Source: a virus. From it: a stretch of DNA of 64,000 nt. Shown here piece after piece: positions 1-8,280 of the stretch. The stretch is taken from the IMG/VR virus record IMGVR_UViG_3300010218_000006, positions 1 to 64,000 of that record, one strand, 5' to 3'. The notes beneath the pieces were generated by a model that was not told where the DNA came from, searched no databases, and worked only from the letters and a program-made list of their open reading frames with translations. Positions within the stretch are counted from its first letter, which is position 1. Each line of letters opens with the position of its first letter. The position numbers were made by a program, and so were the translations under genes.

Positions 1-157
1 CCACTTCTAAGCCGTCTGTAGGGGGGTACATAACTTTAGATGGATTAACGGCAGAAAGCTCTGCCATACGTGTTTGCTTAGATTCCTTGGGCGTTGCATG
101 CAGCCAGCCTAATTGCCTTGCATAAAGACAAAGAGACTGAACTACTTCCCCAAAAAA
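1..157 (-). CDS. tail assembly chaperone -1 frameshift extension (gpT-like segment); continues past window start
   Basis: The -1 frame entered at slippery site 151-157 stays open to position 1. It carries an in-frame ATG at 67-65 (MAELSAVNPSKVMYPPTDGLEV...). Confidence 0.55.
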
Positions 158-546
158 GCGGAGGTATCCTCAATGGCAGTTTCGATTTGTTCTTTGATCC
201 AGCTAAACTTAGGATCGCTATAAAGGGAGCGAATTGCAACGTCATTGTCTACGGGGGCTTCATTGTAGGACAGGTTGCTGAAACCTTCTGTGCAGGCAAC
301 GAGGATATCAAGGCCATCTTCGCGCATAGACTCGGCAGTGGAGACTTTACCCTTACCACGTTTGAGTAGCTTATTCTGAAGTGCTGTGATAGCATTACGA
401 TGTTGCTTCGAGCTAGTACCGTAAATCGTTGCTACAATAGGTTGTGTTTTGGCATCATCTGCAAACAGGAGTTCTTCCGTTACAGGATGACGAAGTTGAT
501 ACTCAGTGGACTCGTTCAGGGCGAGAGAATTGAGATTGAAAGACAT
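142..546 (-). CDS. tail assembly chaperone (gpG-like)
   Basis: 134-aa ORF directly downstream of the major tail gene. The slippery heptamer lies 2 codons before its stop and the -1 frame beyond is open, which is the canonical gpG/gpGT arrangement. Confidence 0.6.
   Translation of the reverse strand: MSFNLNSLALNESTEYQLRHPVTEELLFADDAKTQPIVATIYGTSSKQHRNAITALQNKLLKRGKGKVSTAESMREDGLDILVACTEGFSNLSYNEAPVDNDVAIRSLYSDPKFSWIKEQIETAIEDTSAFLGK
151..157 (-). promoter_or_regulatory. candidate -1 programmed ribosomal frameshift site T_TTT_TTG
   Basis: The minus strand reads GCT TTT TTG GGG AAG TAG in the zero frame. The X_XXY_YYZ heptamer is followed by an open -1 frame. Confidence 0.5.
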
Positions 547-647
547 ATTAGTTCCTTTTGATAGAGAATAAAATTTAGTTGTTTTGCATGTCTGTGCATG
601 CTATTATGTTGTTTCGTTCTGCGTCCTCGTTAGAAGCTACAGAAGGA

Positions 648-713
648 AAAGCCCTTCCTTCCACGATAAGAGCCGACTCTGAAGACCGGATATGGGACGA
701 AAGGAAGGGCTTT
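648..713 (-). promoter_or_regulatory. long-stem structure in major tail/chaperone intergenic gap (function unknown)
   Basis: Perfect 13-bp inverted repeat AAAGCCCTTCCTT / AAGGAAGGGCTTT with a 40-nt spacer, inside a 190-nt gap. Confidence 0.5.
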
Positions 714-714
714 G

Positions 715-730
715 TTCTCAATGTTGAGAA
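715..730. repeat. TTCTCA-N4-TGAGAA palindromic motif copy
   Basis: TTCTCAATGTTGAGAA, 6 nt downstream of the major tail gene stop. Confidence 0.9.
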
Positions 731-736
731 ATGTGT

Positions 737-1174
737 TTACACTTCCACTACGTCAGAGTTCAACGACAAGTCAGTAGATGCCATAGTGATGGAGTCAACA
801 CCGCCGAGAGTAACTTTAAACGACATAACTTTTGCAGCGAAGTAGTAAATAGAGCCGTCTTGCAGGACCACCTTAATTGAGTGGTCAGCATCCGAAGACA
901 GTGCAGTTTTCATTGCAGTCTGGCCTGCGTCTCCGCTATCAAGGTTCATCTTGAGAGCCATGCTGCCATTTTCATAGGAGCCTTTGAGCTTCCTTGTGCG
1001 CCTGTTACCTACGCTCGTCGCTTTAATCTCGTTATAGGTCGCAAGGCTGAATTCGCCCATGTCGTTGATTTCACCTACGGCAGTATAAGAAACTGCGCCA
1101 AACCCCGCCGCATCAAGCGTTGCCGGTGCTTCACCGATAGAGAGGGTACTGCCTGCGGTACTTTGAATTGTCAT
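737..1174 (-). CDS. major tail (tube) protein
   Basis: 145-aa ORF placed between tail-terminator-like genes and the chaperone. Its size and beta-rich sequence are typical of small siphovirus tube proteins. Confidence 0.6.
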   Translation of the reverse strand: MTIQSTAGSTLSIGEAPATLDAAGFGAVSYTAVGEINDMGEFSLATYNEIKATSVGNRRTRKLKGSYENGSMALKMNLDSGDAGQTAMKTALSSDADHSIKVVLQDGSIYYFAAKVMSFKVTLGGVDSITMASTDLSLNSDVVEV

Positions 1175-1201
1175 TTGTATTTCCTTTAAATATTTATTGT
1201 G

Positions 1202-1546
1202 TTAGCCGAGCAAGCAAGCATCAACGCCGGTGCCGCCAGTCATGGCGATCGTGCCCTGCAAGTATGCTGAAATCGAATCGAGCCTTACAGCTTTGTACGC
1301 ATTTGCTGGTACAGTGATTGCGATACCTGTCGATACGTCCAGAGTAGTCCCCGTATTAGGCACAGGGACAGTCGTTCCAGAAGCGCCATCAATTGTCACT
1401 GTGACATCAGAGCCGGTGGTATTGTAAAGAACTAGAATCGAATTCGTGCCAGCCGTATAAGCGAACGTGTCACTAGCCCCAAGAGAAAGTTTTGTTGGTG
1501 TAAACGCACCAGCTACGTTAATATTCGTTTTGGCTAGAGTTGCCAT
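1202..1546 (-). CDS. hypothetical virion protein (Gly/Thr-rich, beta-sandwich-like)
   Basis: 114-aa ORF tightly packed in the tail gene array. No recognisable motif. Confidence 0.5.
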   Translation of the reverse strand: MATLAKTNINVAGAFTPTKLSLGASDTFAYTAGTNSILVLYNTTGSDVTVTIDGASGTTVPVPNTGTTLDVSTGIAITVPANAYKAVRLDSISAYLQGTIAMTGGTGVDACLLG

Positions 1547-1555
1547 TTAATGTCC

Positions 1556-1951
1556 TTAATAATTTTCATGTCTGTAATGAATTACAACTGGGAGGACATA
1601 CCATCCTGAAACATCATTGATAGCCCTCTCTATGCTTGGAGGCTTCTCAATCGAGACAGCCCCACTTTTTGGAACTAACGGGAATAATGCTGCAATACTG
1701 TCTGCAATAGCTTGAGCAGGGCCGCTACCCTCTCCGCTAGGAATCCATACATTAATCTGAAAGATTCCCACTTCTCGTGTCTTGTCTCCTTTGGCTGTAC
1801 GTGCTATAGTGGCAGCAGGGAGAAGAAAGCATTCAATATATGTTCCGCTAGAAGGCTTTGTGAAAGGGACATTCTCAAATGAAACAGGAATAGACTGAGA
1901 TGATGCCCACGTATTTAGTGCTGATTCAAAATAGGCTCTTACTGTGCTCAT
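1556..1951 (-). CDS. tail terminator / tail completion-like protein
   Basis: 131-aa ORF immediately upstream of the tube gene region. The call rests on position and size plus a resemblance to DUF4128/gpU-type proteins judged from memory only. Confidence 0.4.
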   Translation of the reverse strand: MSTVRAYFESALNTWASSQSIPVSFENVPFTKPSSGTYIECFLLPAATIARTAKGDKTREVGIFQINVWIPSGEGSGPAQAIADSIAALFPLVPKSGAVSIEKPPSIERAINDVSGWYVLPVVIHYRHENY

Positions 1952-2379
1952 CTAATTATCTCTTTAATTTTTATGAAGCTCCGCTCCACCATTCTGTAAG
2001 GGCCGACATTCCCGCTCCAAGGGGCATCAAGCCAACCTAAACGTTCGGCCAATATGCCATACGGAACATTGTTAGTTAGCGTAACCGCACCATCTTTGCC
2101 GTAGAATATCTTCTGATTGGCTAAGGAGTTAATTCGTGCTAGGCTATCAGAGCCGTAAGGAGACGTTGCAGAGGTCAGTTCAGACGATGGCGAAGTACCT
2201 ATTTGCGTGTACCACTGATTAGCAAACAATCCTTTAGCTGTTTTGCCGGGATTGTCTGGCGAAGGGGATAGGTAGACTATCGAAGAGAATAACTGGCTTG
2301 TTATGGAGTAACTTTTCTTATCAACTGCCTCAAGAATTTTTTGGCAGTTTGCTTTTACTGAGTCTGCGAAACTGCCCAT
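1948..2379 (-). CDS. neck / head-tail joining protein (HK97 gp10-like)
   Basis: 143-aa ORF with a 4-nt overlap to the next gene. C-terminal NVPYGILAERLG...GPYRMVE resembles the gp10-family pattern. Confidence 0.4.
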   Translation of the reverse strand: MGSFADSVKANCQKILEAVDKKSYSITSQLFSSIVYLSPSPDNPGKTAKGLFANQWYTQIGTSPSSELTSATSPYGSDSLARINSLANQKIFYGKDGAVTLTNNVPYGILAERLGWLDAPWSGNVGPYRMVERSFIKIKEIIR

Positions 2380-2401
2380 AATACTTTCTCAATTGAATAA
2401 C

Positions 2402-2430
2402 ATTATACCACAGTAGTTGTGTTTTGTCAA
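2402..2430 (-). promoter_or_regulatory. consensus sigma70-type promoter TTGACA-N17-TATAAT
   Basis: The minus strand reads TTGACAAAACACAACTACTGTGGTATAAT. It is identical to 13345-13373 except at 1 nt. Confidence 0.7.
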
Positions 2431-2450
2431 TAGCTTGACCGGTGGAGAAT

Positions 2451-2762
2451 TTACAAAAGTTTGCAAGAAAGCACGAAATGCCTGCTGAATTTACGGGACG
2501 GGGTATTACTTGTCTCTATGTGGTTTATTAGAGTGTAGACAGTTCCACGGACACCCCCTGTAATAAACACGGACGTTATCGTGCCAGATATTTGCTCACT
2601 AGATAGAGTAATGTCAGCCGTAGATGCTCCAGATAGTGTAGTGACTTCCCATGTGCTTGTAGTGATTGTCTCTCCAGTTGACAATTCTCCTACATAATCC
2701 AGACTGTAATCTAAGGCGGATGCCGGCGAAATGTCTCGTTCAATACTGGTTGGTGTTATCAT
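2451..2762 (-). CDS. hypothetical virion-associated protein
   Basis: 103-aa ORF in the late array; Ser/Thr-rich. Confidence 0.45.
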   Translation of the reverse strand: MITPTSIERDISPASALDYSLDYVGELSTGETITTSTWEVTTLSGASTADITLSSEQISGTITSVFITGGVRGTVYTLINHIETSNTPSRKFSRHFVLSCKLL

Positions 2763-2769
2763 AGTATCC

Positions 2770-3153
2770 TTACTCTGCTTTTATAGTCCTGCTAGTGCTC
2801 TCAACTACTATAGACCTACCACTTGATGCTGTACGCAATAAGCGCCTCAGCGATGGCACATAATCCCCCGCTGTGGCAGTATACGTTAAGGAGAGCGACA
2901 TTCCGTCAGTATGGAAGGTTCTTGATGAACAGGTCAAATATCTATTATAAAAGAGTGAAACAGTGCTTGTTGATTGAGAAAAAGACCCTGTTGACACGTT
3001 CAATGAATAGACCCCAACTGGTGAGTAGCTAAGAGTTACAGGATTTCCTGAAAAAATGAAAGATGCTGCGGAGCAATTTAATACATATCCGGAAGAAGTG
3101 ATGTCACTACTAGAACCGATTGAAATACCCCCAACAGCGGACGATCCTATCAT
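2770..3153 (-). CDS. hypothetical Ser/Thr-rich protein
   Basis: Start moved to Met14, which has an AGAGG RBS and sits just after the upstream stop at 3156. 127 aa. Confidence 0.4.
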   Translation of the reverse strand: MIGSSAVGGISIGSSSDITSSGYVLNCSAASFIFSGNPVTLSYSPVGVYSLNVSTGSFSQSTSTVSLFYNRYLTCSSRTFHTDGMSLSLTYTATAGDYVPSLRRLLRTASSGRSIVVESTSRTIKAE

Positions 3154-3155
3154 AT

Positions 3156-3842
3156 CTACCTCTTTGGAAGATGTCGCAGTGCTGTGGCGCAATACTGCGC
3201 AATCAAGCCATAACCCCAGTTATTGAGGTGCGTTGAATCGTAAACATATGGCCTCATTGATAGGCGCATGAAGTTAGTACCGCTTGCAACAAAAACCCCG
3301 TGCGCACGAACGTCAACAACAGCATGTGCTCCCATCTCTCTATAATTTCTTTTTATATAGTTGTCGTAGTCTAGCAGGGTGTTGTTACCACTTACTAAAT
3401 CGCTTCCATAGACAGAACTGCCATCGACACTGTACCGGGGTAGTGTGGTCAGTAATATGACCTTTAATCCCGGCATGGCGGTAGTTCGTGCTGCAATATA
3501 ATCTGCACATTGCTGCCCTGTTTGAGTCCCGGTAACATCATTAAACCAAATTGTATTGGTTCCTTCCCAAATAAGCAGCACATGAGACTTCCCATCCTCG
3601 TATAACGCATCAACAGATGCCCCACGCGCAGTCATACTGTTGGTGTTGTTAAACGTACTTCCGCTGACTGCGAGGTTTGTCAATGTGGCCCCATTCATCG
3701 GGGGAAGTGCTTGTAGTTGCTGAGGCAGTGTACTTCCTGCAGTTGACCCTATGCCATAAACTAAGGAGTTACCTTCAAAAATCACTTTAGTTTTGGTAGT
3801 ATCATAAGGCATCTTAATACTACTGTCGGAGAATGGCCCCAT
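3156..3842 (-). CDS. SGNH/GDSL-family hydrolase (esterase/deacetylase)
   Basis: All four SGNH blocks are present: FEGNSLVYG (block I Ser), NLAVSGS (II), WEGTN (III), DSTHLN (V, DxxH). Confidence 0.75.
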   Translation of the reverse strand: MGPFSDSSIKMPYDTTKTKVIFEGNSLVYGIGSTAGSTLPQQLQALPPMNGATLTNLAVSGSTFNNTNSMTARGASVDALYEDGKSHVLLIWEGTNTIWFNDVTGTQTGQQCADYIAARTTAMPGLKVILLTTLPRYSVDGSSVYGSDLVSGNNTLLDYDNYIKRNYREMGAHAVVDVRAHGVFVASGTNFMRLSMRPYVYDSTHLNNWGYGLIAQYCATALRHLPKR

Positions 3843-5869
3843 TATACAAGCCCCACAGCATCTAGCAATGTGATCTTTGCATCAGAGCCGACAACCAAGT
3901 TAAAGTATTTATTAACTGCATTCACTGTAGGCCAATGTCCAATTTCCACGAAAGTAGTGGGGGATGCTACTGCGGCTACTTCAGCGTAAACGGCTGTACC
4001 AGAACGCCTAATACGGATGATATCACCTTCTGCTGGTGCTCTATTCGCTGTTACTGTGACAGGGCTTGCTGCCGCGCTTAACGAATAGCTCCCTGCTGTG
4101 ATTCCTAGATAGACCGCCATGTTACCGATTGGCTGATACGTCGGTCCGGTACTCTCCAAGCCGAACGCCATACCATTCCCGGAAACCTGCTCAAAGCGCA
4201 TGGACAGGGAACCGTCAACGCCAGACGCCCCCAAGGTCATGTTTGCACAAGCTTCTTGGTTAGTGAATGTACCTGCATTCGTACCTGTATAAGTGTATGG
4301 ACCTGTACCTGTCTCGGTGAGGCCAGTCTTAGATACAAATCTCGGGTAAGAACTTGCTATTGGCGTGACACTATTTGAAGCTGGCGACGGTGTAGATGTA
4401 CCTATTGCATTGGTTGCGGTTGCTGTAAACGTATAAGCCGACCCATTTGTCAAACCAGAGACAGTAATCGGACTTGTTGTTCCCGTTCCAGTAAAGCCCC
4501 CCGGAGATGAAGTTATTGTGTATCCTGTAATAGCACTACCTCCGTTTGAAGGTGCGGTGAACGCCACACTTGCTGAAGAATCTCCAGCAGTAGCTGTTGG
4601 TGCTGACATTTGAGCTGGAGCCGATGCTGCTGCAAATACATTGTTTGTTACACTTACGGGTCCAAAGGATGCTACTGCGTTTCCTGCGGGGTCTGCCAAC
4701 TTACTTGTTCCGGGTTGTGTATAACTTACAGTAATTGTGTCGCCTTGCGCGTAGGCCGAATTAGCGGTAACTGAAACTATACTTCCGCTAATAGAGACAG
4801 AGCTTGCAGTTTTTCCACCACTTAAAGTAAACGAAGATGCCGCAGGTAAGGTTGCGCCCAGTGCCTCGCTCATCGTAATTTGGACGACAGTTGGGCTGGT
4901 ATTTGCAACCTGAGCACTGACAAATGTTGGAGGCGTTGAATCAACAGCTTGTACATTATCGGTGATTGCTAGAGTAAATCCAGCCATCTCATTGCCAGAC
5001 GGGTCTTTAAGATTGTTTGTCCCATCCGGGGTGTACGTAACGTTGACGGCCTCCCCGTTTACAAAAGCTGTTGAGGTAACAAGTCTGACGGTATTTGTGC
5101 TAATAGTGGTGCTACTTATCGGGTGACCCGGTATAGTGAATGTACTGCTTGGTGGATTAGTTGTTGCATCCAATGTTTCAGACATTGTGACGATAATAAG
5201 CGTAGGCGTTGCGTTCTCTACAGTCGCAGTGGAGGCCGTCGGAGCCACTACGTCGATAGCCACAGCATTCACTGCCTGCGTTATAAAATACCACGTATCG
5301 TAACCATCATTAAAAAACTGGACGATGTTAACAATTCCGTTTCGGTTGTCATAACCAGACGAGCCGCCGTATTCTGTCATGCCTGTAAAGGTTGGGGTAT
5401 GCACTCCGTCTGCTACGAGCCTTACATAAACAGAGGCACCTTTTATTGGGCTTGCAGCTACAGTAAATGACAGCACAGAGCTTACAACCTGCTGCGGCAT
5501 GTAGCGATTTCCGTTGGCAGTAAGCGGTACTGTAGAAGAAAAACTAATATCATCTACTGTAAAAAACTTCGCAATCTGGCATGAAGGCAGCGTTACAAAC
5601 ACGCTTTTTTGCCCAGCAGGGAAAGTCACTGCCAAGCCTGCATTGGAGCTGCTTAATACACTTTGTCTGGACAGTGTAACAGAGTCTGTAAGCGTGTATG
5701 TCCCAATTTCCCAGTTTCCAGCAACATCTGCGACACAAACCGGAATGCTTGAAGTACCAGTTGATAGCGAAGATGCGAATGCCCTTGCGCCTGTAACTGC
5801 ACCAAAGAGCGTTATAGTTGTTGTATTTGTTACACTGCTTGTTTCTTCAACACGGTCTGCATAAATCAT
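3842..5869 (-). CDS. fibre-like protein with tandem Ig-like repeats, an FN3 domain and a C-terminal beta-sandwich
   Basis: 675 aa. It has two repeats of about 95 aa (ATPTLIIVTMSE.../TSPTVVQITMSE...), an FN3-like segment (APTATAGDSSASVAFTAPSNGGSAITGYTI...) and a fibre-type N-terminus. Confidence 0.6.
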   Translation of the reverse strand: MIYADRVEETSSVTNTTTITLFGAVTGARAFASSLSTGTSSIPVCVADVAGNWEIGTYTLTDSVTLSRQSVLSSSNAGLAVTFPAGQKSVFVTLPSCQIAKFFTVDDISFSSTVPLTANGNRYMPQQVVSSVLSFTVAASPIKGASVYVRLVADGVHTPTFTGMTEYGGSSGYDNRNGIVNIVQFFNDGYDTWYFITQAVNAVAIDVVAPTASTATVENATPTLIIVTMSETLDATTNPPSSTFTIPGHPISSTTISTNTVRLVTSTAFVNGEAVNVTYTPDGTNNLKDPSGNEMAGFTLAITDNVQAVDSTPPTFVSAQVANTSPTVVQITMSEALGATLPAASSFTLSGGKTASSVSISGSIVSVTANSAYAQGDTITVSYTQPGTSKLADPAGNAVASFGPVSVTNNVFAAASAPAQMSAPTATAGDSSASVAFTAPSNGGSAITGYTITSSPGGFTGTGTTSPITVSGLTNGSAYTFTATATNAIGTSTPSPASNSVTPIASSYPRFVSKTGLTETGTGPYTYTGTNAGTFTNQEACANMTLGASGVDGSLSMRFEQVSGNGMAFGLESTGPTYQPIGNMAVYLGITAGSYSLSAAASPVTVTANRAPAEGDIIRIRRSGTAVYAEVAAVASPTTFVEIGHWPTVNAVNKYFNLVVGSDAKITLLDAVGLV

Positions 5870-5885
5870 CTAATTACCGCCTCGT

Positions 5886-6308
5886 TTATGCGTCGGTTAA
5901 AACGCCATTTGTTTGGTCAAAGCCCACCGTAAATGTCTCTGATGGGCCGGGGGAGATACTTGCACCATAATCAGAGAAGCCGATCAACTCTTTGTTAGTT
6001 GCAGTGTCATTGTAAAGCACTGCGTAACGGAAGGGGCCGAAGCCCGTAGTAGCGGAGAACACGACATTGCTAATGACCAGCTTATATGTTCCAGAGGTCT
6101 GTGTTGAACTTACTTGGGCCGATACTGTACCTCCTGCCGTGTACCCTCCACCAGTTGCGAGGTCGATCAAATCCGCATAAACTGAGTTAGTTGCTACTGG
6201 TGCCGTATTTGTTAGCATCACCTTAAGCGTGTCGCTCGCTAGATTATGCACCTTCTCATTGACTGCTTTTGTAAAGCTATTAAACTTCTGAAAACTAGCT
6301 GCAGGCAT
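5886..6308 (-). CDS. hypothetical virion protein
   Basis: 140-aa ORF between the connector genes and the fibre gene. Confidence 0.45.
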   Translation of the reverse strand: MPAASFQKFNSFTKAVNEKVHNLASDTLKVMLTNTAPVATNSVYADLIDLATGGGYTAGGTVSAQVSSTQTSGTYKLVISNVVFSATTGFGPFRYAVLYNDTATNKELIGFSDYGASISPGPSETFTVGFDQTNGVLTDA

Positions 6309-6326
6309 GTTTGTCCTTGATAATTG

Positions 6327-6728
6327 TTATCGCCTTATATACAACTCGATCAATATTTGATCTGTTGCGTCAGGGGTAATTTCTTTGAATGTGAGAATGC
6401 GCCACAACACGCCGTTAATCTCCACCTTGTCTGCTGCTGGATTTACCACGAGTGCGACTGCTTCAGTGTCAGATTTGTTTGGAGGGCGAATATACAGTTG
6501 CTTGTCGCCACTTTGAATTAACGTGTTCGGTGCAACTGTCAAACCATTGCTGCGGAGATTCAAGTCCATCTGAATAGCCTTGACAGGAATGCTCAAATAA
6601 TTTACAGTGTTTGTTCCTGTAGACGGATCATATGCAGATGTTCCGTCAGGTTGCAGATAGGTGGCTGTAAAGCCAAACTCTTGCATGAACTCAGAAACAG
6701 CTCCGTCAAAATCTGAAAGGGCTGTCAT
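6327..6728 (-). CDS. head-tail adaptor / head closure protein
   Basis: 133-aa ORF with a 4-nt overlap to the upstream connector gene. Called from position and size. Confidence 0.4.
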   Translation of the reverse strand: MTALSDFDGAVSEFMQEFGFTATYLQPDGTSAYDPSTGTNTVNYLSIPVKAIQMDLNLRSNGLTVAPNTLIQSGDKQLYIRPPNKSDTEAVALVVNPAADKVEINGVLWRILTFKEITPDATDQILIELYIRR

Positions 6729-7201
6729 AGGATATTCTCAAGCAGAGAGTTGCTGTCAAGTCCGTTGCCAAGGATGCCGGTGCGAGAACCATCATTGGGC
6801 GATATGTCAGCATTGAACGCGAGTTGCTGGCTTCCGTTGATAGCGTAATTCTTGTTCCAGTCTTGTTGAAACTGGATGAGAGGGTGTACAGTAGCTCCGG
6901 GGCCAATTGCGATAGGACTAATTTGCATGAAATTAGGGTCGCGTGTGGTTAGGAGGAGGAACTCTTTATATTGCTTGAAAGCATCACTTCCCCATACTTC
7001 CAGTTGCGCGAGCTTCCTGTGCGTTTTGAAGGACAAGAGTCCTAGAATATACATTGCACAGGTTTTTGCGGCTTGTGGGAGATTGCCGCTGGCGTCTGTT
7101 ATCGCTTGGGAATAAACACTATCAGGGAGGAATGCAAGATCACTAATGTCGGCACACCTCAAGCGGACTTTTCCTATATCAGTATTGAAGTCTACTGCCA
7201 T
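6725..7201 (-). CDS. head-tail connector (gp6-like) protein
   Basis: 158-aa ORF, the first gene after the capsid block. Its N-terminal pattern is typical of gp6-like connectors. Confidence 0.45.
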   Translation of the reverse strand: MAVDFNTDIGKVRLRCADISDLAFLPDSVYSQAITDASGNLPQAAKTCAMYILGLLSFKTHRKLAQLEVWGSDAFKQYKEFLLLTTRDPNFMQISPIAIGPGATVHPLIQFQQDWNKNYAINGSQQLAFNADISPNDGSRTGILGNGLDSNSLLENIL

Positions 7202-7251
7202 CTATTTTCTCCATGTTCTTTATAAACCCTCACATGAAGGCTTATGAAGAA

Positions 7252-7269
7252 CAGCCGCGAAAGCGGCTG
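7252..7269 (-). terminator. GNRA-capped hairpin downstream of the HNH cassette
   Basis: CAGCCGC-GAAA-GCGGCTG. The flanking T-tract on the minus strand is only weak. Confidence 0.35.
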
Positions 7270-7275
7270 TGTTTT

Positions 7276-7509
7276 CTATGCTAGAAGCTTGTCCCAAGAG
7301 TCAAGAAGTTTTTCTTCAAGGCTGGCGGGGTCTTCGTGGTCACATACAGGGCAACCGTAACCTAATATGTGATTCAGGGGCGTCATATAAAACTCTCCGT
7401 GCTGCTTGCAGATAATCTTAATTGGCATTAGTGGGTCAATATACTCGGGCATAATTTCCTTTATTGGTTTGAGAATTAGCATTATAACTTGTTTCTTGCT
7501 TTTCCTCAA
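7276..7509 (-). CDS. zinc-ribbon protein (homing-endonuclease-associated CxxH...CPxC motif)
   Basis: CKQHGEFYMTPLNHILGYGCPVC. The ORF overlaps the 3' end of the HNH ORF, so its start is uncertain. Confidence 0.4.
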   Translation of the reverse strand: MRKSKKQVIMLILKPIKEIMPEYIDPLMPIKIICKQHGEFYMTPLNHILGYGCPVCDHEDPASLEEKLLDSWDKLLA

Positions 7510-8188
7510 CTGGCATGTCAGGCCACCAACGGTTGCCTTTAGATGTGTTTTCTATCTTCGGGATAATTCTGAGGTTAGAGGAGCAGTGGAGTCCGCAGAC
7601 TGTTTTTGAATTCAAAGGCACGATATGGTCTACTTCAAATTTTATTCCAGTAGAATTTGAGCGCAGTTTTGATAAATGGTATACTTCCTCAACTAAAAAC
7701 TCTTCCCACTCATCGGACGACCATGACGGTATCGCCCTCTTTTTGATAGCTTCTCGTCTTGCCTGATTCATTGAGAGTTTGTGCCTATTACTTGATCTCC
7801 ACTTATTGACTTGATCTGTTATTCTTTGTCTGTGTAATTCTCTGTGCTTTCTTCTAACAGAATTAATATCTTCAACATCTCTGCTACGACGTTGTTCTTT
7901 AATCCTGTCCACATTCTCTTTGTAATACTGTTTAGCCGACTCTAAGGCTGCAAGAGGATTTTCTTTATATTTTTCTCTTCTCTTTTTATTTACGGTTTCT
8001 TTATTATTTTTACTTGAGGCTTTTCTTTGTTGCCTTACCTTTTCCGCATATGCTGGGTCTTCGAGTCTTTTCTTCTTCTTAATCTCTGAGCACTTCTTAC
8101 AGCAATTAAGAACCCCTTGTGTTCCTTTTATGTTTTTGTAGAACTCCGACAAATCTTTATCTGTTTTACAAATGTTACATATCTTCAT
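7436..8188 (-). CDS. HNH homing endonuclease-like protein
   Basis: HNH core EVDHIVPLNS...CGLHCSSNLRIIPKIENTSKGN and an N-terminal Cys cluster. It is inserted between the capsid and connector genes. Confidence 0.75.
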   Translation of the reverse strand: MKICNICKTDKDLSEFYKNIKGTQGVLNCCKKCSEIKKKKRLEDPAYAEKVRQQRKASSKNNKETVNKKRREKYKENPLAALESAKQYYKENVDRIKEQRRSRDVEDINSVRRKHRELHRQRITDQVNKWRSSNRHKLSMNQARREAIKKRAIPSWSSDEWEEFLVEEVYHLSKLRSNSTGIKFEVDHIVPLNSKTVCGLHCSSNLRIIPKIENTSKGNRWWPDMPVEEKQETSYNANSQTNKGNYARVY

Positions 8189-8196
8189 TTAATTTC

Positions 8197-8238
8197 CTTA
8201 TTAAAACCAACTTCTCATTATACACAAAAAGTTGGTTT
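8197..8238 (-). terminator. rho-independent terminator after major capsid gene
   Basis: 10-bp perfect stem AAACCAACTT/AAGTTGGTTT followed by TTTTAAT on the minus strand. Confidence 0.6.
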
Positions 8239-8280
8239 AGATCAAGAAACTGGTCGGTATTTATCCGACAAAGTTTATTA

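Noticed and set aside
17-27. CTGTAGGGGGG at the window start as another copy of the CTGTAGGGG motif seen at 23836 and 24176
   Set aside because: It lies inside the coding frame of the chaperone extension (…MYPPTDG…), so it is most simply a coincidence.
5123-5864. ORFs 5123..5470, 5514..5864 and 5550..5738 overlapping the fibre gene
   Set aside because: They are embedded in or antisense to the 675-aa repeat-containing gene. They have no independent start signals.
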